This document shows positions 37,298-50,476 of a DNA stretch of 64,000 nucleotides, piece after piece. The first letter of the stretch is position 1. Every line of letters starts with the position of its first letter. Under the pieces are notes generated by a model. It made no database searches. It saw only the letters and a program-made list of their open reading frames with translations, and was not told the origin of the DNA. A program made the position numbers and the translations under genes. Source of the DNA: Acidobacteriota bacterium (lineage in GTDB: Bacteria > Acidobacteriota > UBA6911 > RPQK01 > JAJDTT01); assembly GCA_965217775.1 (NCBI GenBank), contig CBDCJH010000002.1, positions 4,256,001 through 4,320,000 on the forward strand, in the 5' to 3' direction.

Positions 37298-39052
37298 ATG
37301 CCAGTGAAAGACCATATCAGCCCGAACAGGCTGAAGTTGCAGGCAATCTGGCGGAAAAGCGAAAGCAGATCCGGAAATTATTTCAGTCGGCTTGTGCCTC
37401 GGCGACCGCATGCCGTCTGGAACTTGGTGATTGGTGCTTTTTTGCCATTTTGTGCTTTCTGCTTGATGCTTTTCCTCGTCCTGACAGAGGCCTCCACCCG
37501 TCCTAACATCATGGTCATCCTGTCCGATGACTTGGGGTTCTCCGACCTAGGTTGCTACGGTGGAGAGATCGAGACACCGAACCTGGACGGGCTGGCCCGA
37601 GGCGGCCTCCGTTTTACACAGTTCTACAACACGGCAAGATGCTGGCCCACCCGGGCCTCCCTGCTCACCGGTTACTACGCCCAGCAGGTGGGACGAGACG
37701 AGCTGCCGGGTGTCCCCGGCGGAAGCAAAGGCAAGCGTCCGGCTTGGGCCCGCCTGCTCCCCGATACGCTCCGGCCCCTCGGTTACCGGTCCTACCACTC
37801 CGGCAAGTGGCACATCGACGGGATGCCCGTGGCCAGCGGATTCGATCGATCCTACTACCTGCGCGACCAGGGACGCTTCTTCAATCCGAGGGTCCACTGG
37901 GAAGACGATCGGAAGCTGCCCCCCATCGAGCCCGGCACCGGCTACTACGCCACCACCGCCATCGCCGATCACGCCATCAAGATCCTGCAGGAACATTCCA
38001 AAGCGGACCGGGCCAAGCCCTTCTTTTACTACCTGGCGTTTACCGCACCCCACTTCCCTCTCCACGCCCTGCCCGAGGACATCTCCCGCTACCGCGACCG
38101 GTATCGACGCGACTGGGATCAAATACGCCGGGATCGGTGGCGGCGGATCCGGGAGATGGGCATCGTCTTCGGTCGGCTCCCCGAACGGGAACCCGACGTG
38201 GGGCCGATCCGGGAATTCCCCGGAACCCTGGAGGCGCTGGGACCCGGCGAGGTGAACCGGCCGCTTGCCTGGAGCCAACTGACCGTCAGGCAGCGTGAGT
38301 TTCAGGCGGTGAAGATGGCCATCCACGCGGCCATGATCCACCGCATGGACCGGGAGATCGGCCGGGTGCTGGACCAGCTTCGCCGCATGGACGCCTTCGA
38401 GAACACCCTGATCCTCTTCCTCTCGGACAACGGCGCCAGTTGCGAGCTCATTGTCCGCAGCGGCGGCCACGACTCGGGGGCGGAACCCGGCTCGGCCGAC
38501 ACCTATCTGTGCCTGGGCCCGGGTTGGTCGACCGTCTCCAACACCCCCTTCCGCCGCCACAAGATGTGGGTCCATGAGGGTGGAATCGCCACGCCGATGA
38601 TCGCGCACTGGCCCCGCGGCATCTCCTCCCGGAACGAGTTCCGACACAATGTCGGCCACGTGATCGACTTCGTTCCCACCGTCCTGGAGCTGGTCGGGCC
38701 GGCAGGCCAAAGGAGTTCGACAGGTAAGCCGGATCCCTCTCCTCCACTTCCGGGAAAGAGCCTGGTTCCGGTCTTTTCCCAGGATGGAACCGTCGCCCGA
38801 GATCACCTCTGGTGGTACCACGAGAAGAATCGGGCGGTGCGGGCCGACCGTTGGAAGCTGGTATCGGAAGGCCCGGAGGGTCCGTGGGAGCTCTACGACT
38901 TGGAGACCGACCGCACCGAAACCAGCGATCTGGCCTCAGAGCATCCCGGCAAGGTGCGCCAGATGGAGGAGTTGTGGACGAGACGGATGAAGGAGTTCCG
39001 CTCGCTGGCATTGAAAGACCACGCCGAGCGAGATAGGGGGAAAGAGGAGTGA
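37298..39052 (+). CDS. Arylsulfatase (formylglycine-dependent)
   Basis: RPNIMVILSDDLG, CWPTR, GKWH, APHFP, SDNG; true start probably downstream, around 37427-37466. Confidence 0.93.
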   Translation: MPVKDHISPNRLKLQAIWRKSESRSGNYFSRLVPRRPHAVWNLVIGAFLPFCAFCLMLFLVLTEASTRPNIMVILSDDLGFSDLGCYGGEIETPNLDGLARGGLRFTQFYNTARCWPTRASLLTGYYAQQVGRDELPGVPGGSKGKRPAWARLLPDTLRPLGYRSYHSGKWHIDGMPVASGFDRSYYLRDQGRFFNPRVHWEDDRKLPPIEPGTGYYATTAIADHAIKILQEHSKADRAKPFFYYLAFTAPHFPLHALPEDISRYRDRYRRDWDQIRRDRWRRIREMGIVFGRLPEREPDVGPIREFPGTLEALGPGEVNRPLAWSQLTVRQREFQAVKMAIHAAMIHRMDREIGRVLDQLRRMDAFENTLILFLSDNGASCELIVRSGGHDSGAEPGSADTYLCLGPGWSTVSNTPFRRHKMWVHEGGIATPMIAHWPRGISSRNEFRHNVGHVIDFVPTVLELVGPAGQRSSTGKPDPSPPLPGKSLVPVFSQDGTVARDHLWWYHEKNRAVRADRWKLVSEGPEGPWELYDLETDRTETSDLASEHPGKVRQMEELWTRRMKEFRSLALKDHAERDRGKEE

Positions 39053-40243
39053 GACTGAAACTCAGGAATCTCGCTGTCGTCAGCCTGTTGGGATTCAGCT
39101 TGACTTCGCTGGTGCCGGGGGAGGCCGGGAACCTGGGAAGGCTCACCTATCACCCCTGGGTCCGGGGGCCCTCCAGGCAACCGGGGCAACACCTGATGGA
39201 AATTCCGTCGGCTCTGGTCACTGAAAACGGAGAGAAGGTGGAGTCCGCAGAGGATTGGTATGCGCGCAGGAGACCCGAGCTGGCCGAGCTCTGGACCCGG
39301 ATTCTGGGCAAGCTGGGCCCAACGCCGGAAGATCGCCGTTGGTTCGGGGACATCACCGAAGTCAAAGTCCATAGCCGCCAGGAGCGTGAGGGCTATACGC
39401 GGATCCACCTGGGGCTCCCGATCGAGGTCGATTTTTTGCAGGACCACCTCTTGCTGCTGCCCAAGAACCAGGGAGCCGGACCGTTTCCGGCCGTCATCGC
39501 CTGGGCCGCCACCAGTTCCGATTACGATGCCCCGGAGCACTGGTGGGGCAGCTACCTGGCCCGGCGCGGCTTCGTGGTGCTGACCAGCCAATCCTTCATC
39601 AAGAAGTACCGGGGAGGAAAATCGTTTCTGACGGAGGTGCAGAAGAAACTCTATTCCCGTTTCGGACACTGGCTGCCCATGGGCAAGATGGTCCACGACG
39701 TCTCCCGGGAGGTGGAGTACCTGAATTCCCTGCCGGAGGTGGATGCGGACCGGATCGGATTCATGGGGTTTTCCCTGAGCGCCAAGGCGGCCATCTACGT
39801 TGCCGCCTTCGTCCCCGAGATCAAGGCGACGGTCTCTTTCGATCCGGGAGTCGCCCTCAACGGCAGGACCAACTGGTTCAAACCCTGGTACCTGGACTGG
39901 CTGAAACGGTTTCCCGGAATCCCCACCCAGGACTACCCGATTCACGACCTGCGAGGCACCGTCCTGAGTCTGCTGAACCCCGACGTGAGACGCCCCGGAC
40001 TCGAGCGCAATCACCACGAGCTGATAGCGATGTGCGCGCCCCGGGCCTTCATGCTCATCGCCGCACGCATGGCCGACCTGCACAACGAGGGCTATTGCAA
40101 CCGGGCGGCGGAAGTCTACGAAATGCTGGGAATACGGGAACGATTCGAATACGTGCCCACCCCGGACGGACACTCGGCGAACGGACCCCACATCGATCCG
40201 GCCTGGCAGAGGTTCTTGCGCAAGTGGCTGGTCGAAATGCCGC

Positions 40244-40269
<26 letters not shown>
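39049..40269 (+). CDS. Exported alpha/beta hydrolase (esterase/dienelactone hydrolase-like)
   Basis: GPFPAV, VDADRIGFMGFSLSAK nucleophile elbow, HELIAMCAPR. Confidence 0.82.
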
Positions 40270-42946
<2,677 letters not shown>

Positions 42947-42968
42947 CGGTGAGGATCCCAGGAGGAAC

Positions 42969-44423
42969 ATGGAGATGGAAATGACGACACACGGGCTCCA
43001 GCTCCTGAATCAGACCAGGCGGCATTTCTTCAACCGCTGTTTCGTCGGTCTGGCCAACGTCGCCCTGGGCCAGTTGCTGACCGACGGCAAGATGTTCGCG
43101 GCCGGTGACGACCGGGCCAGGAACCCTCTCGCTCTCCGGGAACCCCACTACGAACCCAAGGTCAAGCGGGTCATCTACCTCTTCATGGCCGGAGGTCCCA
43201 GCCAGTTCGAGACCTGGCTCTACCGGCCGGAGTTGGCCCGGTTGCACGGCCAGCCCGCACCTGACTCGATCATGGAGGGGAAGCGCTTCGCGTTCATGGA
43301 GCGCTTCACCAAGGTCAAACCCAAGTTGCTCGGGCCGAAGCGGAAGTTCGCGCAGCACGGACAGTCGGGAACCTGGGTCTCGGAGGTGTTTCCCCACACC
43401 GCCACCGTGGTCGACGACCTCGCCCTGATCCACTCGGTGGTGACCGAGAACTTCAATCACGCCCCCGCCAAGCTCTTCTGCAACACCGGATCCACTCGCT
43501 TCGGACGTCCCAGCATGGGCTCCTGGGTCGGCTATGGCCTGGGGAGTGAATCCCAGGATCTTCCCGGCTTCGTGGTGCTGCGTTCGGGGCAGGAGGACCT
43601 GATGGGGGGCGCTTTCATGTGGAGCAGCGGTTTCCTGCCCAGCGCCTACCAAGGCGTCGAGTTCCTGAAATCGGCCGTTCCGATCCCGAATCTGTCCAGC
43701 CCCAAAGGCGTATCGATGACGCGTCAGGCGGCGAAGCTTGCCGCCATCCAGGATCTGAACCGGATTCATGAGCAGGATTACGGCGACCCGGAAATCGCGA
43801 CTCGCATCGCTTCCTACGAGATGGCCTACCGTATGCAGACCAGCGGTCCCGAACTGATGGACCTGAGTGGCGAAAGCCAGACCACGCTGGATCTCTACGG
43901 CGTCACGCCGGGCGAGCCGTCCTACGGCACCAACTGCCTGCTGGCCCGGCGCATGATCGAGCGGGGCGTGCGGTTCGTTCAGGTGTACCACACCGGTTGG
44001 GACCATCACGGGAACTTGAACGAGAAGATCGACGAGGTGGCGCTGCAGACCGATCGTCCCACCGCCGCCCTCATCACCGATCTCAAGCAACGCGGCCTGT
44101 TGGAGGACACGCTGGTCATCTGGGGAGGCGAGTTCGGACGGACGCCCATGGCGGAGATCCGCGAGAGCGTCGGCCGGAACCACCACATCGAGAACTTTCC
44201 CATGTGGTTCGCCGGAGGCGGCATCAATCCCGGTCAGACCATCGGAGAGGTGGACGAGCTGGGCTTTTTCGTGACCAAGGACAAGGTGGAGGTCTACGAC
44301 GTCCAGGCCACGATCCTCCACCTGCTGGGAATCGACCACACCAAGCTCACCTACCGCTACCAGGGCCGCGACTTTCGTCTCACCGACATCGGTGGTCACG
44401 TGATCGAGAAGCTTCTGGCTTGA
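42969..44423 (+). CDS. DUF1501 family protein (Tat-like signal)
   Basis: TRRHFF, IYLFMAGGPSQ, CLLARR, WDHH, WGGEFGRTP. Confidence 0.93.
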   Translation: MEMEMTTHGLQLLNQTRRHFFNRCFVGLANVALGQLLTDGKMFAAGDDRARNPLALREPHYEPKVKRVIYLFMAGGPSQFETWLYRPELARLHGQPAPDSIMEGKRFAFMERFTKVKPKLLGPKRKFAQHGQSGTWVSEVFPHTATVVDDLALIHSVVTENFNHAPAKLFCNTGSTRFGRPSMGSWVGYGLGSESQDLPGFVVLRSGQEDLMGGAFMWSSGFLPSAYQGVEFLKSAVPIPNLSSPKGVSMTRQAAKLAAIQDLNRIHEQDYGDPEIATRIASYEMAYRMQTSGPELMDLSGESQTTLDLYGVTPGEPSYGTNCLLARRMIERGVRFVQVYHTGWDHHGNLNEKIDEVALQTDRPTAALITDLKQRGLLEDTLVIWGGEFGRTPMAEIRESVGRNHHIENFPMWFAGGGINPGQTIGEVDELGFFVTKDKVEVYDVQATILHLLGIDHTKLTYRYQGRDFRLTDIGGHVIEKLLA

Positions 44424-44476
44424 GACAGGAAGCCGGAAGGACAGGCTCTCCCGCCAGGCTTGAATCCCGATCTGCC

Positions 44477-45562
44477 TTGAAGAAGACCCGGCTCCTTGTC
44501 CTGCTGAGCGGAGTGCTGGTCCTTGGCGCAGCCGGACCTGGGCCCGCCGTCGTCGAGGCGGGTGGGAACGCTGGGCCGCCGGGAGCGCAGTCCGGAGTGG
44601 TCGAGAGCCGGCTGAAGCAGGACTCCAGGCTCCGGAATCCCCTCAAGACCCAATTTCCCAGACAGAAGCTGGATGCGATGGCGAGCCGATTCGGCGGGCG
44701 GATCGGCTTCTACGCCAGGAACCTGGCCGACGGGGCCGAGTATTCCTGGAACGGCAACCAGCGGTTTCCTCCGGCCAGCGTGATCAAGCTGCCGGTCATG
44801 ATCGAACTCTACCGGCAGGCGGCCGCCGGCTCTCTCGATCTGGATGCCAAGGAGCCTCTCCCCCAGGACGTCTCGACCCACGGCAGCGGTGTCCTCAAGC
44901 GCCGCGACGGGCCGATCGCCCTCACCTTGCGCGAATATTGCCGTCTGATGATGGTCCACAGCGACAACATGGCTACCGACCTGGTGATGCGGAAGGTCGG
45001 GCTGGACGCGGTCAACCGGTTCCTGGGGAATCTGGGACTGGAAAATACGCGGGCGTCCATGGACTTGGGCCGATGGCACTACCTGATCGTCGGCATGAGG
45101 GACGCTCCCATCTCTCGCGAGAACGATGCCCGGATCCTGGAACAGATGCGGGCCGGGCTATACGACGACGGGATGGGGTACTCCGACTCTCTGGTCAACA
45201 ACGTCTGTGGGCCGCGCGACATCGGATCGCTATTGGCAAGTCTCTATCGCGGCGAATTGGCAAGCCGGCACGACACCGACGAGATGCTGGATCTGATGCG
45301 CACCTCCACCCACAAACGAACCATCGCCAAGTACGTCAAGGAAGGCATCCGGGTAGCCAACAAATATGGCGGAAGCCGGAGGATTGCAGCCGACGCGGGA
45401 ATTGTCGAGTTGCCCAATGGGGCGGTAGCCATCGCCGCCTTCGCGCTGGCCAAGGATCCGAGCGATCGATCGGGCCGCGAGATTCTGGCCCGCATGTCGG
45501 GCCTCGCCGTCGCCACCTCGGATCCCAACGCCGTTAAACCAGTACCGCCTTCCAATCCCTAG
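44477..45562 (+). CDS. Class A beta-lactamase-like serine hydrolase
   Basis: Signal peptide from TTG 44477; SVIK, SDN and KYG motifs. Confidence 0.82.
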   Translation: MKKTRLLVLLSGVLVLGAAGPGPAVVEAGGNAGPPGAQSGVVESRLKQDSRLRNPLKTQFPRQKLDAMASRFGGRIGFYARNLADGAEYSWNGNQRFPPASVIKLPVMIELYRQAAAGSLDLDAKEPLPQDVSTHGSGVLKRRDGPIALTLREYCRLMMVHSDNMATDLVMRKVGLDAVNRFLGNLGLENTRASMDLGRWHYLIVGMRDAPISRENDARILEQMRAGLYDDGMGYSDSLVNNVCGPRDIGSLLASLYRGELASRHDTDEMLDLMRTSTHKRTIAKYVKEGIRVANKYGGSRRIAADAGIVELPNGAVAIAAFALAKDPSDRSGREILARMSGLAVATSDPNAVKPVPPSNP

Positions 45563-45657
45563 GAGTCTGCGCGGTAGAAATGATCGTAGCGAGAAAGTGG
45601 GGAATCTGGACCGATTCTACCGCTTTCGCAGTAGATCAATTTCTGCGGCGCAGGCTC
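45563..45657 (+). mobile_element. MITE family B, internally deleted copy
   Basis: Ends GAGTCTGCGCGGTAGAAAT...ATTTCTGCGGCGCAGGCTC; CTAG on both sides; matches both ends of 59140-59298. Confidence 0.82.
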
Positions 45658-45661
45658 CTAG

Positions 45662-45819
45662 CAGCCCGTGGCAAAAGTCATCACGGCATTCGACCGTCCC
45701 TGCATCCCGGCGGACGGCGTTGCGATTCGGGCACATACTCCCGGTATGCACCCGAATCGCGCCTTGTCCGGCGGGCGCAGGAACGGTCTCGGTGCTCGCG
45801 GGACTTTCACCACGGACTG
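45662..45819 (+). mobile_element. MITE family A, copy 3
   Basis: 158 bp, terminal inverted repeats, CTAG on both sides. Confidence 0.88.
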
Positions 45820-45901
45820 CTAGCGCTCAAGCCGATCATGACTGCGCCATGCGACCGGCATGGAAAGTCGAGACGGCTCTCGCGGCGGCCCTTCCGGCTC
45901 C

Positions 45902-45931
45902 TTGACTACGCTCTCTCGCTCCGACTCTAAT
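45902..45931 (+). promoter_or_regulatory. Putative promoter TTGACT-N18-TCTAAT
   Basis: Conserved at 56010-56039 in front of the paralog. Confidence 0.55.
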
Positions 45932-45938
45932 GGCCTGT

Positions 45939-47954
45939 ATGTCACGCCTTTTCATCATCATCTCCTCATTCCTATTCTTCCTGAGTCCGCTCTGGGCCCG
46001 CGTCGTCCGGGTGGAGGTCCAGGAGAGGGATCCGATCCTGGAGGGTGAGCCCTATCCCCTCGTGGGCCCCTACGAAAGGATCACGGGACGCGTGCACTTT
46101 GCTGTCGATCCCGAATTGGGACCCAACCGGATCATCACCGACATCCGGAAAGCGCCCCGCAACGATCGGGGTGAGGTGGAGTTCTCCTCCGATTTCGTGC
46201 TTATGAAGCCGGTCCGGGTGGAGCGGGGCAACGGCGCCCTGCTCTACGAGGTCTCCAACCGGGGTGGGAAAAACATGCTGGGCTTCTTCAGCCTGGCCCG
46301 GTTCCGCCGCGACCCCATGGCCCGCGAGGATTTCGGGGACGGATTCCTCATGCGCCGGGGATTCACGCTCCTGTGGCTGGGATGGCAGCTGGATCCGCCC
46401 CATCGAAAGGGGAATGTTCGTGTATACCCGGCCATCGCCCGGGATCCGGAAGGCCCCGTCACCGGCCTCGTGAGGTGTGACTTCGTGGTCAAGACCCAGG
46501 TCGAACATCGCCTGCTCTCGGACCGCAGGCACATTCCCTATCCCGTGTCCGATCCCAACGACCCCGAGAACTCCATGACGGTCCGGGATGCCGTCGAGGG
46601 CGAGCGCCGGATCATTCCCCGCGACCGCTGGCGATTCGCCCGAATGGAGGGGGGACGGCCGGTGCCCGATCCGACCCACGTGGTGCTGGAAGGCGGATTC
46701 GAGCCCCGCAGGATCTACGAAGTGGTCTACCGGGCCCAGGACCCTCCCCTGGTGGGACTGGGCCCAGCGGCGGTGCGGGACATGATCTCCCACCTCAAGT
46801 ACGAGGGCGATCCGGTGCTGACCATTCCCCGGAGCGCCCTGAATCGGGCCCTCGGGTACGGCAGCTCCCAGAGCGGCCGGTTCCTGCGGACCTTCCTCTA
46901 CCAGGGTTTCAATGAGGACGAGCAGAACCGGCGCGCCTTCGACGGGCTCATGCCACACGTGGCGGGTGCGGGACGGGGCAGCTTCAACCACCGCTTCGCC
47001 CAACCGTCCCGGGATGCCCAGCCCTTCTCCAACTTCTTCTATCCCACCGACATCTTCCCCTTCACCGGCACGGCCCAGACCGACCCGGTGACCGGGCAGA
47101 CCGACGGGCTGCTCATCCACTTCTCCCGGCCTGAGCTGTGCCCCAAGATCTTCTACATCAATACCTCGTATGAGTACTGGGGCCGGGCCTCCTCCCTGAT
47201 TCACACCACCCTGGACGGAACCCGGGATGTGGAGCTGATGGATCAGGTTCGCCACTACCTCTTTGCCGGAAGCCAGCATTCCCCCGGACGCTTCCCTCCC
47301 GATCGGACAACGGGAGAACAACTCAACAATCCGCTGGAGATTCGCTGGACGATGCGCGCCCTGCTCGTGGCCCTGGACCGATGGGTGACCGACGGCGCGA
47401 CTCCGCCCCCGAGCCGCTACCCCCGCCTGGACCGCGACACGCTGGTCCCGTTTCCCGAGTTCGACTTTCCCCAGTTGCCGGGAGTCCGGGTGCCCACCCG
47501 AATCCACCGGGCGTACCGGGTGGATTACGGTCCCCGGTTTCGTTCGGAAGGTATCGTGAGCTTCCAGCCGCCTCGAGTCGGCGCCCCCTTTCCGATCCTG
47601 GTCCCCAAGGTCGACGCCGACGGTAACGAGCTGGCGGGGATTCGCCTGCCGGAGGTGGCGGTGCCCCTGGCCACCTACACGGGGTGGAACCTCTTCGGCC
47701 CCGGCAAGGGTCCGCCGACGGAAATATGCAGTTTCCGGGGCTCTTACATTCCCTTCGCACGGAGCAAGCAGGAGCGCCTCGAGGCGGGTGACCCGCGCCC
47801 GTCCGTCCGGGAGAGGTACGGGAGCCGGGATGAGTACCTGGGCCGGGTGAGTGCGGTCGCCCTCGAACTCATGGATGAAGGCTATCTGCTGTCCCAGGAC
47901 GTTCCCCGGATCCTGGAGATAGCGGCTCAGCGCTGGGATTACCTGATGCGCTGA
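45939..47954 (+). CDS. Exported alpha/beta hydrolase-domain protein, copy 1
   Basis: Signal peptide, YEVSNRGG, GSSQSGRFLR, EYWGRAS, VDADGNE; alternative ATG at 45930. Confidence 0.85.
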   Translation: MSRLFIIISSFLFFLSPLWARVVRVEVQERDPILEGEPYPLVGPYERITGRVHFAVDPELGPNRIITDIRKAPRNDRGEVEFSSDFVLMKPVRVERGNGALLYEVSNRGGKNMLGFFSLARFRRDPMAREDFGDGFLMRRGFTLLWLGWQLDPPHRKGNVRVYPAIARDPEGPVTGLVRCDFVVKTQVEHRLLSDRRHIPYPVSDPNDPENSMTVRDAVEGERRIIPRDRWRFARMEGGRPVPDPTHVVLEGGFEPRRIYEVVYRAQDPPLVGLGPAAVRDMISHLKYEGDPVLTIPRSALNRALGYGSSQSGRFLRTFLYQGFNEDEQNRRAFDGLMPHVAGAGRGSFNHRFAQPSRDAQPFSNFFYPTDIFPFTGTAQTDPVTGQTDGLLIHFSRPELCPKIFYINTSYEYWGRASSLIHTTLDGTRDVELMDQVRHYLFAGSQHSPGRFPPDRTTGEQLNNPLEIRWTMRALLVALDRWVTDGATPPPSRYPRLDRDTLVPFPEFDFPQLPGVRVPTRIHRAYRVDYGPRFRSEGIVSFQPPRVGAPFPILVPKVDADGNELAGIRLPEVAVPLATYTGWNLFGPGKGPPTEICSFRGSYIPFARSKQERLEAGDPRPSVRERYGSRDEYLGRVSAVALELMDEGYLLSQDVPRILEIAAQRWDYLMR

Positions 47955-47981
47955 AGGAATCGTTCAGAGGAGATCGTTTCG

Positions 47982-50321
47982 ACGAAGAAGCTACTGGCGG
48001 CAACCCTGCTCCTAGCCACGACCCTCCCGGCCAGCGGCCGGCCGGCTCCAACCACGACCGACCTTCCCGACTGGGTGAGCGCTCCCGTGGATCGGGACCG
48101 GCACACCACGTTGCTGGCCCGCTTCGACGCCCCGGACAGCATTCAACCCGACTACGAGCGCGACGGGACGGGAGCGGCCGGCCGCAACTACGATGCTTCG
48201 GTCTCCGGCCGATACGGCAGCGGGATCGAGATCGACGTCCCGGGAGCCCAGATCAACCTGCGGGCTCACGGAAACATGCGCCCGGACCGGGGCACCGTCC
48301 AGTTCTGGGTCCGCAGCAAACCGGGACGGAACATCTGGCGGGACGGGCGCAGGCACTGCTTCTTCTCGGCCGCCGCCGTGCGCCGCGACCTGGAACTGTG
48401 GAAGACGACAGACAACCATCTCCGGCTCTCCTGGGCCGGCCGTCACTGGAAAGGGGACGACGAGGTCGTGGCGACTCTCGACCTTCCGGTCTCCGAGTTG
48501 GAGGCCGAGGGCTGGCACCACCTGCTCTTTTCCTGGGATGACCGGCAGGGCCGGCTCTGGCTGGCCCTCGACGGGCGGCTCCGGAGCCTCTCGGTGGGCA
48601 AACCCCTGGAGGTGGACCGCTTCCACATTCTGTTTCTGGGAGCTTCCTACTATGGGGGAGTGGGCCGTGACGGCCTCGATCCCGAGGTCGTGCTGCAGAC
48701 GGCGGGGGCGCGCTTCGACGAGCTGAAGATCAGCGACGTGACGGTCCGGGAGATGCTGGCGTTGCGGGGCCGGGAAACGCACCTGCCGGAGAAGACGGCG
48801 CTGCAGGTCCTGGACACCGTCTGCCGCCATCTGGATTTCATCAGCCGGCTCCAGGTCGACGGAGCCTGGAGCGCCATCCTCTACGCCTGGCCTCACCTGC
48901 TGCCGGGGGAGACCAGCTATCGCACCTACTTCCATCCCGGCCTGGACCGTTTCATGGAGCTGACCCACGGCAGGAACGGCACCCCGGGGGCGGGGCGCCT
49001 CTTCCTTTACGCCTATCAGGTGCTGGGGGACCAGCGCTACCTGGAGGTGGCGTGGAAGGCGGGGGAATGGCTGTTGTCGGCCCAGCAGCCGGAGGGCTAC
49101 TGGGTCAACCACTATGACCGCCACACGGGGGGACGGCCCACACCCCGGCGAGAGGTCCTCACCTCCCACCGGCGGACCGTCCACCGGAACTACCCCACCT
49201 TTCAGGACGGACGCCAGAGTCAGGCCGCCCTCTTCATGGCCCGGCTCTACCTGGTGACGCTGGAGGAGCGGTGGTTGGAGGCCTTCCGGCGCTCGGCCGA
49301 CTTCATCCTCAAAGCCCAGAACCCCAACGGCAGTTGGGGCTACACCTACAACCTGAAGGAAGGACGCAGCGAGAACCGGAACCAGGACCCCCACGGCGCC
49401 GAGTTCGACAACGGAAACCAGCGTACCCAACTCCGGGTGATGCAGTTGGCCCATCACCTGACCGGCTTGGAGAAATACCGGGATGCCATCGTTCGCAACG
49501 GCGAGTGGCATCTCGCGGCCCAGTTGGGTCCCCCGACCTACGGCTGGGCCCTGGCCTACGACGGGCGGAACCAGCCGGTCTGGTCCCGGATCTATCACCC
49601 TCCCGGACTGTCCCCCGGTTCCAGTGCGAGCGCCTGCGAAAACCTCTTTTTCCTGTATGACCTCACAGGAGATCGGAAGTATCTGGAACCGGTGTCCCGT
49701 TACCTGGAGTGGGAAAAGAGCGCCCTCATCCAGGTGACCCTGGGCGGCGAGAAAGTGGCCATGCGGAGCCAACTGGTGGACCACACCACGGGCCGCCCCA
49801 TCGCCGTGGACCTGAAGAACTGGAAGACCTATTTCCTGGACACTCCCCAGGAGCGGGCGGCGTTCCTGAAGACCGGGTCGGCGTTGTGGGCCAACCCGGA
49901 TCAGCTCCCGGAAGAGGATTTTCCCTGGGCTGCCTTCATGAAGAGGCCCGATGGGGCGCGGCTGGAACCGGAACTGCGAAAACGCCGAGAGGGATCGCGG
50001 CCCATGCCCCTGCGCATCACCCGCGTCCAACTGGCCGAGTCCATTTCCCGCTCTGCCGGTGAGGAGTTGGAGAAGATTCTGGCTCAGCAGAACGAAAGCG
50101 GAGTCTGGCCGGTTCTTAACATCAGACCGGGCGCCCAGGGCTCCTACAACATCGGGGCCTATTTCCCACTGGTCGAGTCCCGGGCCTACCGGTTGCTGTC
50201 GCTGCTGGAATGGTCGAAGATCCTGTCGGGACAGATCCAGCGCGAGATCTGGAGCTTTCCCAGCCTCATCGGGAAGCGGGAATACGACCTGCGCCGCCGG
50301 AACTGGATGGTGGACCGGTAA
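47982..50321 (+). CDS. LamG-like + PL10-like (alpha/alpha) putative polysaccharide lyase
   Basis: GTVQFWV/WHHLLFSW LamG-like part; AQQPEGYW, AQNPNGSW, EFDNG, GWALAYD..PVWSR; signal peptide starts at ACG 47982, first canonical start is GTG 48075. Confidence 0.7.
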   Translation, partial: TKKLLAATLLLATTLPASGRPAPTTTDLPDWVSAPVDRDRHTTLLARFDAPDSIQPDYERDGTGAAGRNYDASVSGRYGSGIEIDVPGAQINLRAHGNMRPDRGTVQFWVRSKPGRNIWRDGRRHCFFSAAAVRRDLELWKTTDNHLRLSWAGRHWKGDDEVVATLDLPVSELEAEGWHHLLFSWDDRQGRLWLALDGRLRSLSVGKPLEVDRFHILFLGASYYGGVGRDGLDPEVVLQTAGARFDELKISDVTVREMLALRGRETHLPEKTALQVLDTVCRHLDFISRLQVDGAWSAILYAWPHLLPGETSYRTYFHPGLDRFMELTHGRNGTPGAGRLFLYAYQVLGDQRYLEVAWKAGEWLLSAQQPEGYWVNHYDRHTGGRPTPRREVLTSHRRTVHRNYPTFQDGRQSQAALFMARLYLVTLEERWLEAFRRSADFILKAQNPNGSWGYTYNLKEGRSENRNQDPHGAEFDNGNQRTQLRVMQLAHHLTGLEKYRDAIVRNGEWHLAAQLGPPTYGWALAYDGRNQPVWSRIYHPPGLSPGSSASACENLFFLYDLTGDRKYLEPVSRYLEWEKSALIQVTLGGEKVAMRSQLVDHTTGRPIAVDLKNWKTYFLDTPQERAAFLKTGSALWANPDQLPEEDFPWAAFMKRPDGARLEPELRKRREGSRPMPLRITRVQLAESISRSAGEELEKILAQQNESGVWPVLNIRPGAQGSYNIGAYFPLVESRAYRLLSLLEWSKILSGQIQREIWSFPSLIGKREYDLRRRNWMVDR

Positions 50322-50380
50322 GAGAAAAGCTCCCCCACCGGCTGCGGGCCGGCGAAATCCAAATAGAAACACGGGTGGTC

Positions 50381-50470
50381 TGGGAGCAGGGGCTTTCCAG
50401 CCGCCGGATGCGGGTCGGTGTTGAAGAGGGGGACAAGCGAAGAGGGGGACAAGGATTTCCCCCCCTCCTA
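50381..50470. repeat. REP-like hairpin cluster between convergent genes
   Basis: Minus strand reads GTAGGAGGGGGGG...TGTCCCCCTCT; partner GGAGCAGGGGCTTTCCAGCCGCCG. Confidence 0.55.
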
Positions 50471-50476
50471 CTTTCC

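Noticed and set aside
43997-44476. N-terminal extension of the serine hydrolase ORF
   Set aside because: Overlaps DUF1501 in another frame; the signal peptide starts at TTG 44477.
45580-45930. Short ORFs sharing peptide text with ORFs near 5517-6128, 12192-12437 and 59209
   Set aside because: The shared text comes from translating MITE sequence, not from a gene family.
47952-47954. TGA read-through fusing the hydrolase to the lyase-like ORF (same frame)
   Set aside because: The paralog ends at the same RWDYLMR-TGA, the downstream gene has its own Shine-Dalgarno sequence and signal peptide, and no SECIS was recognised.
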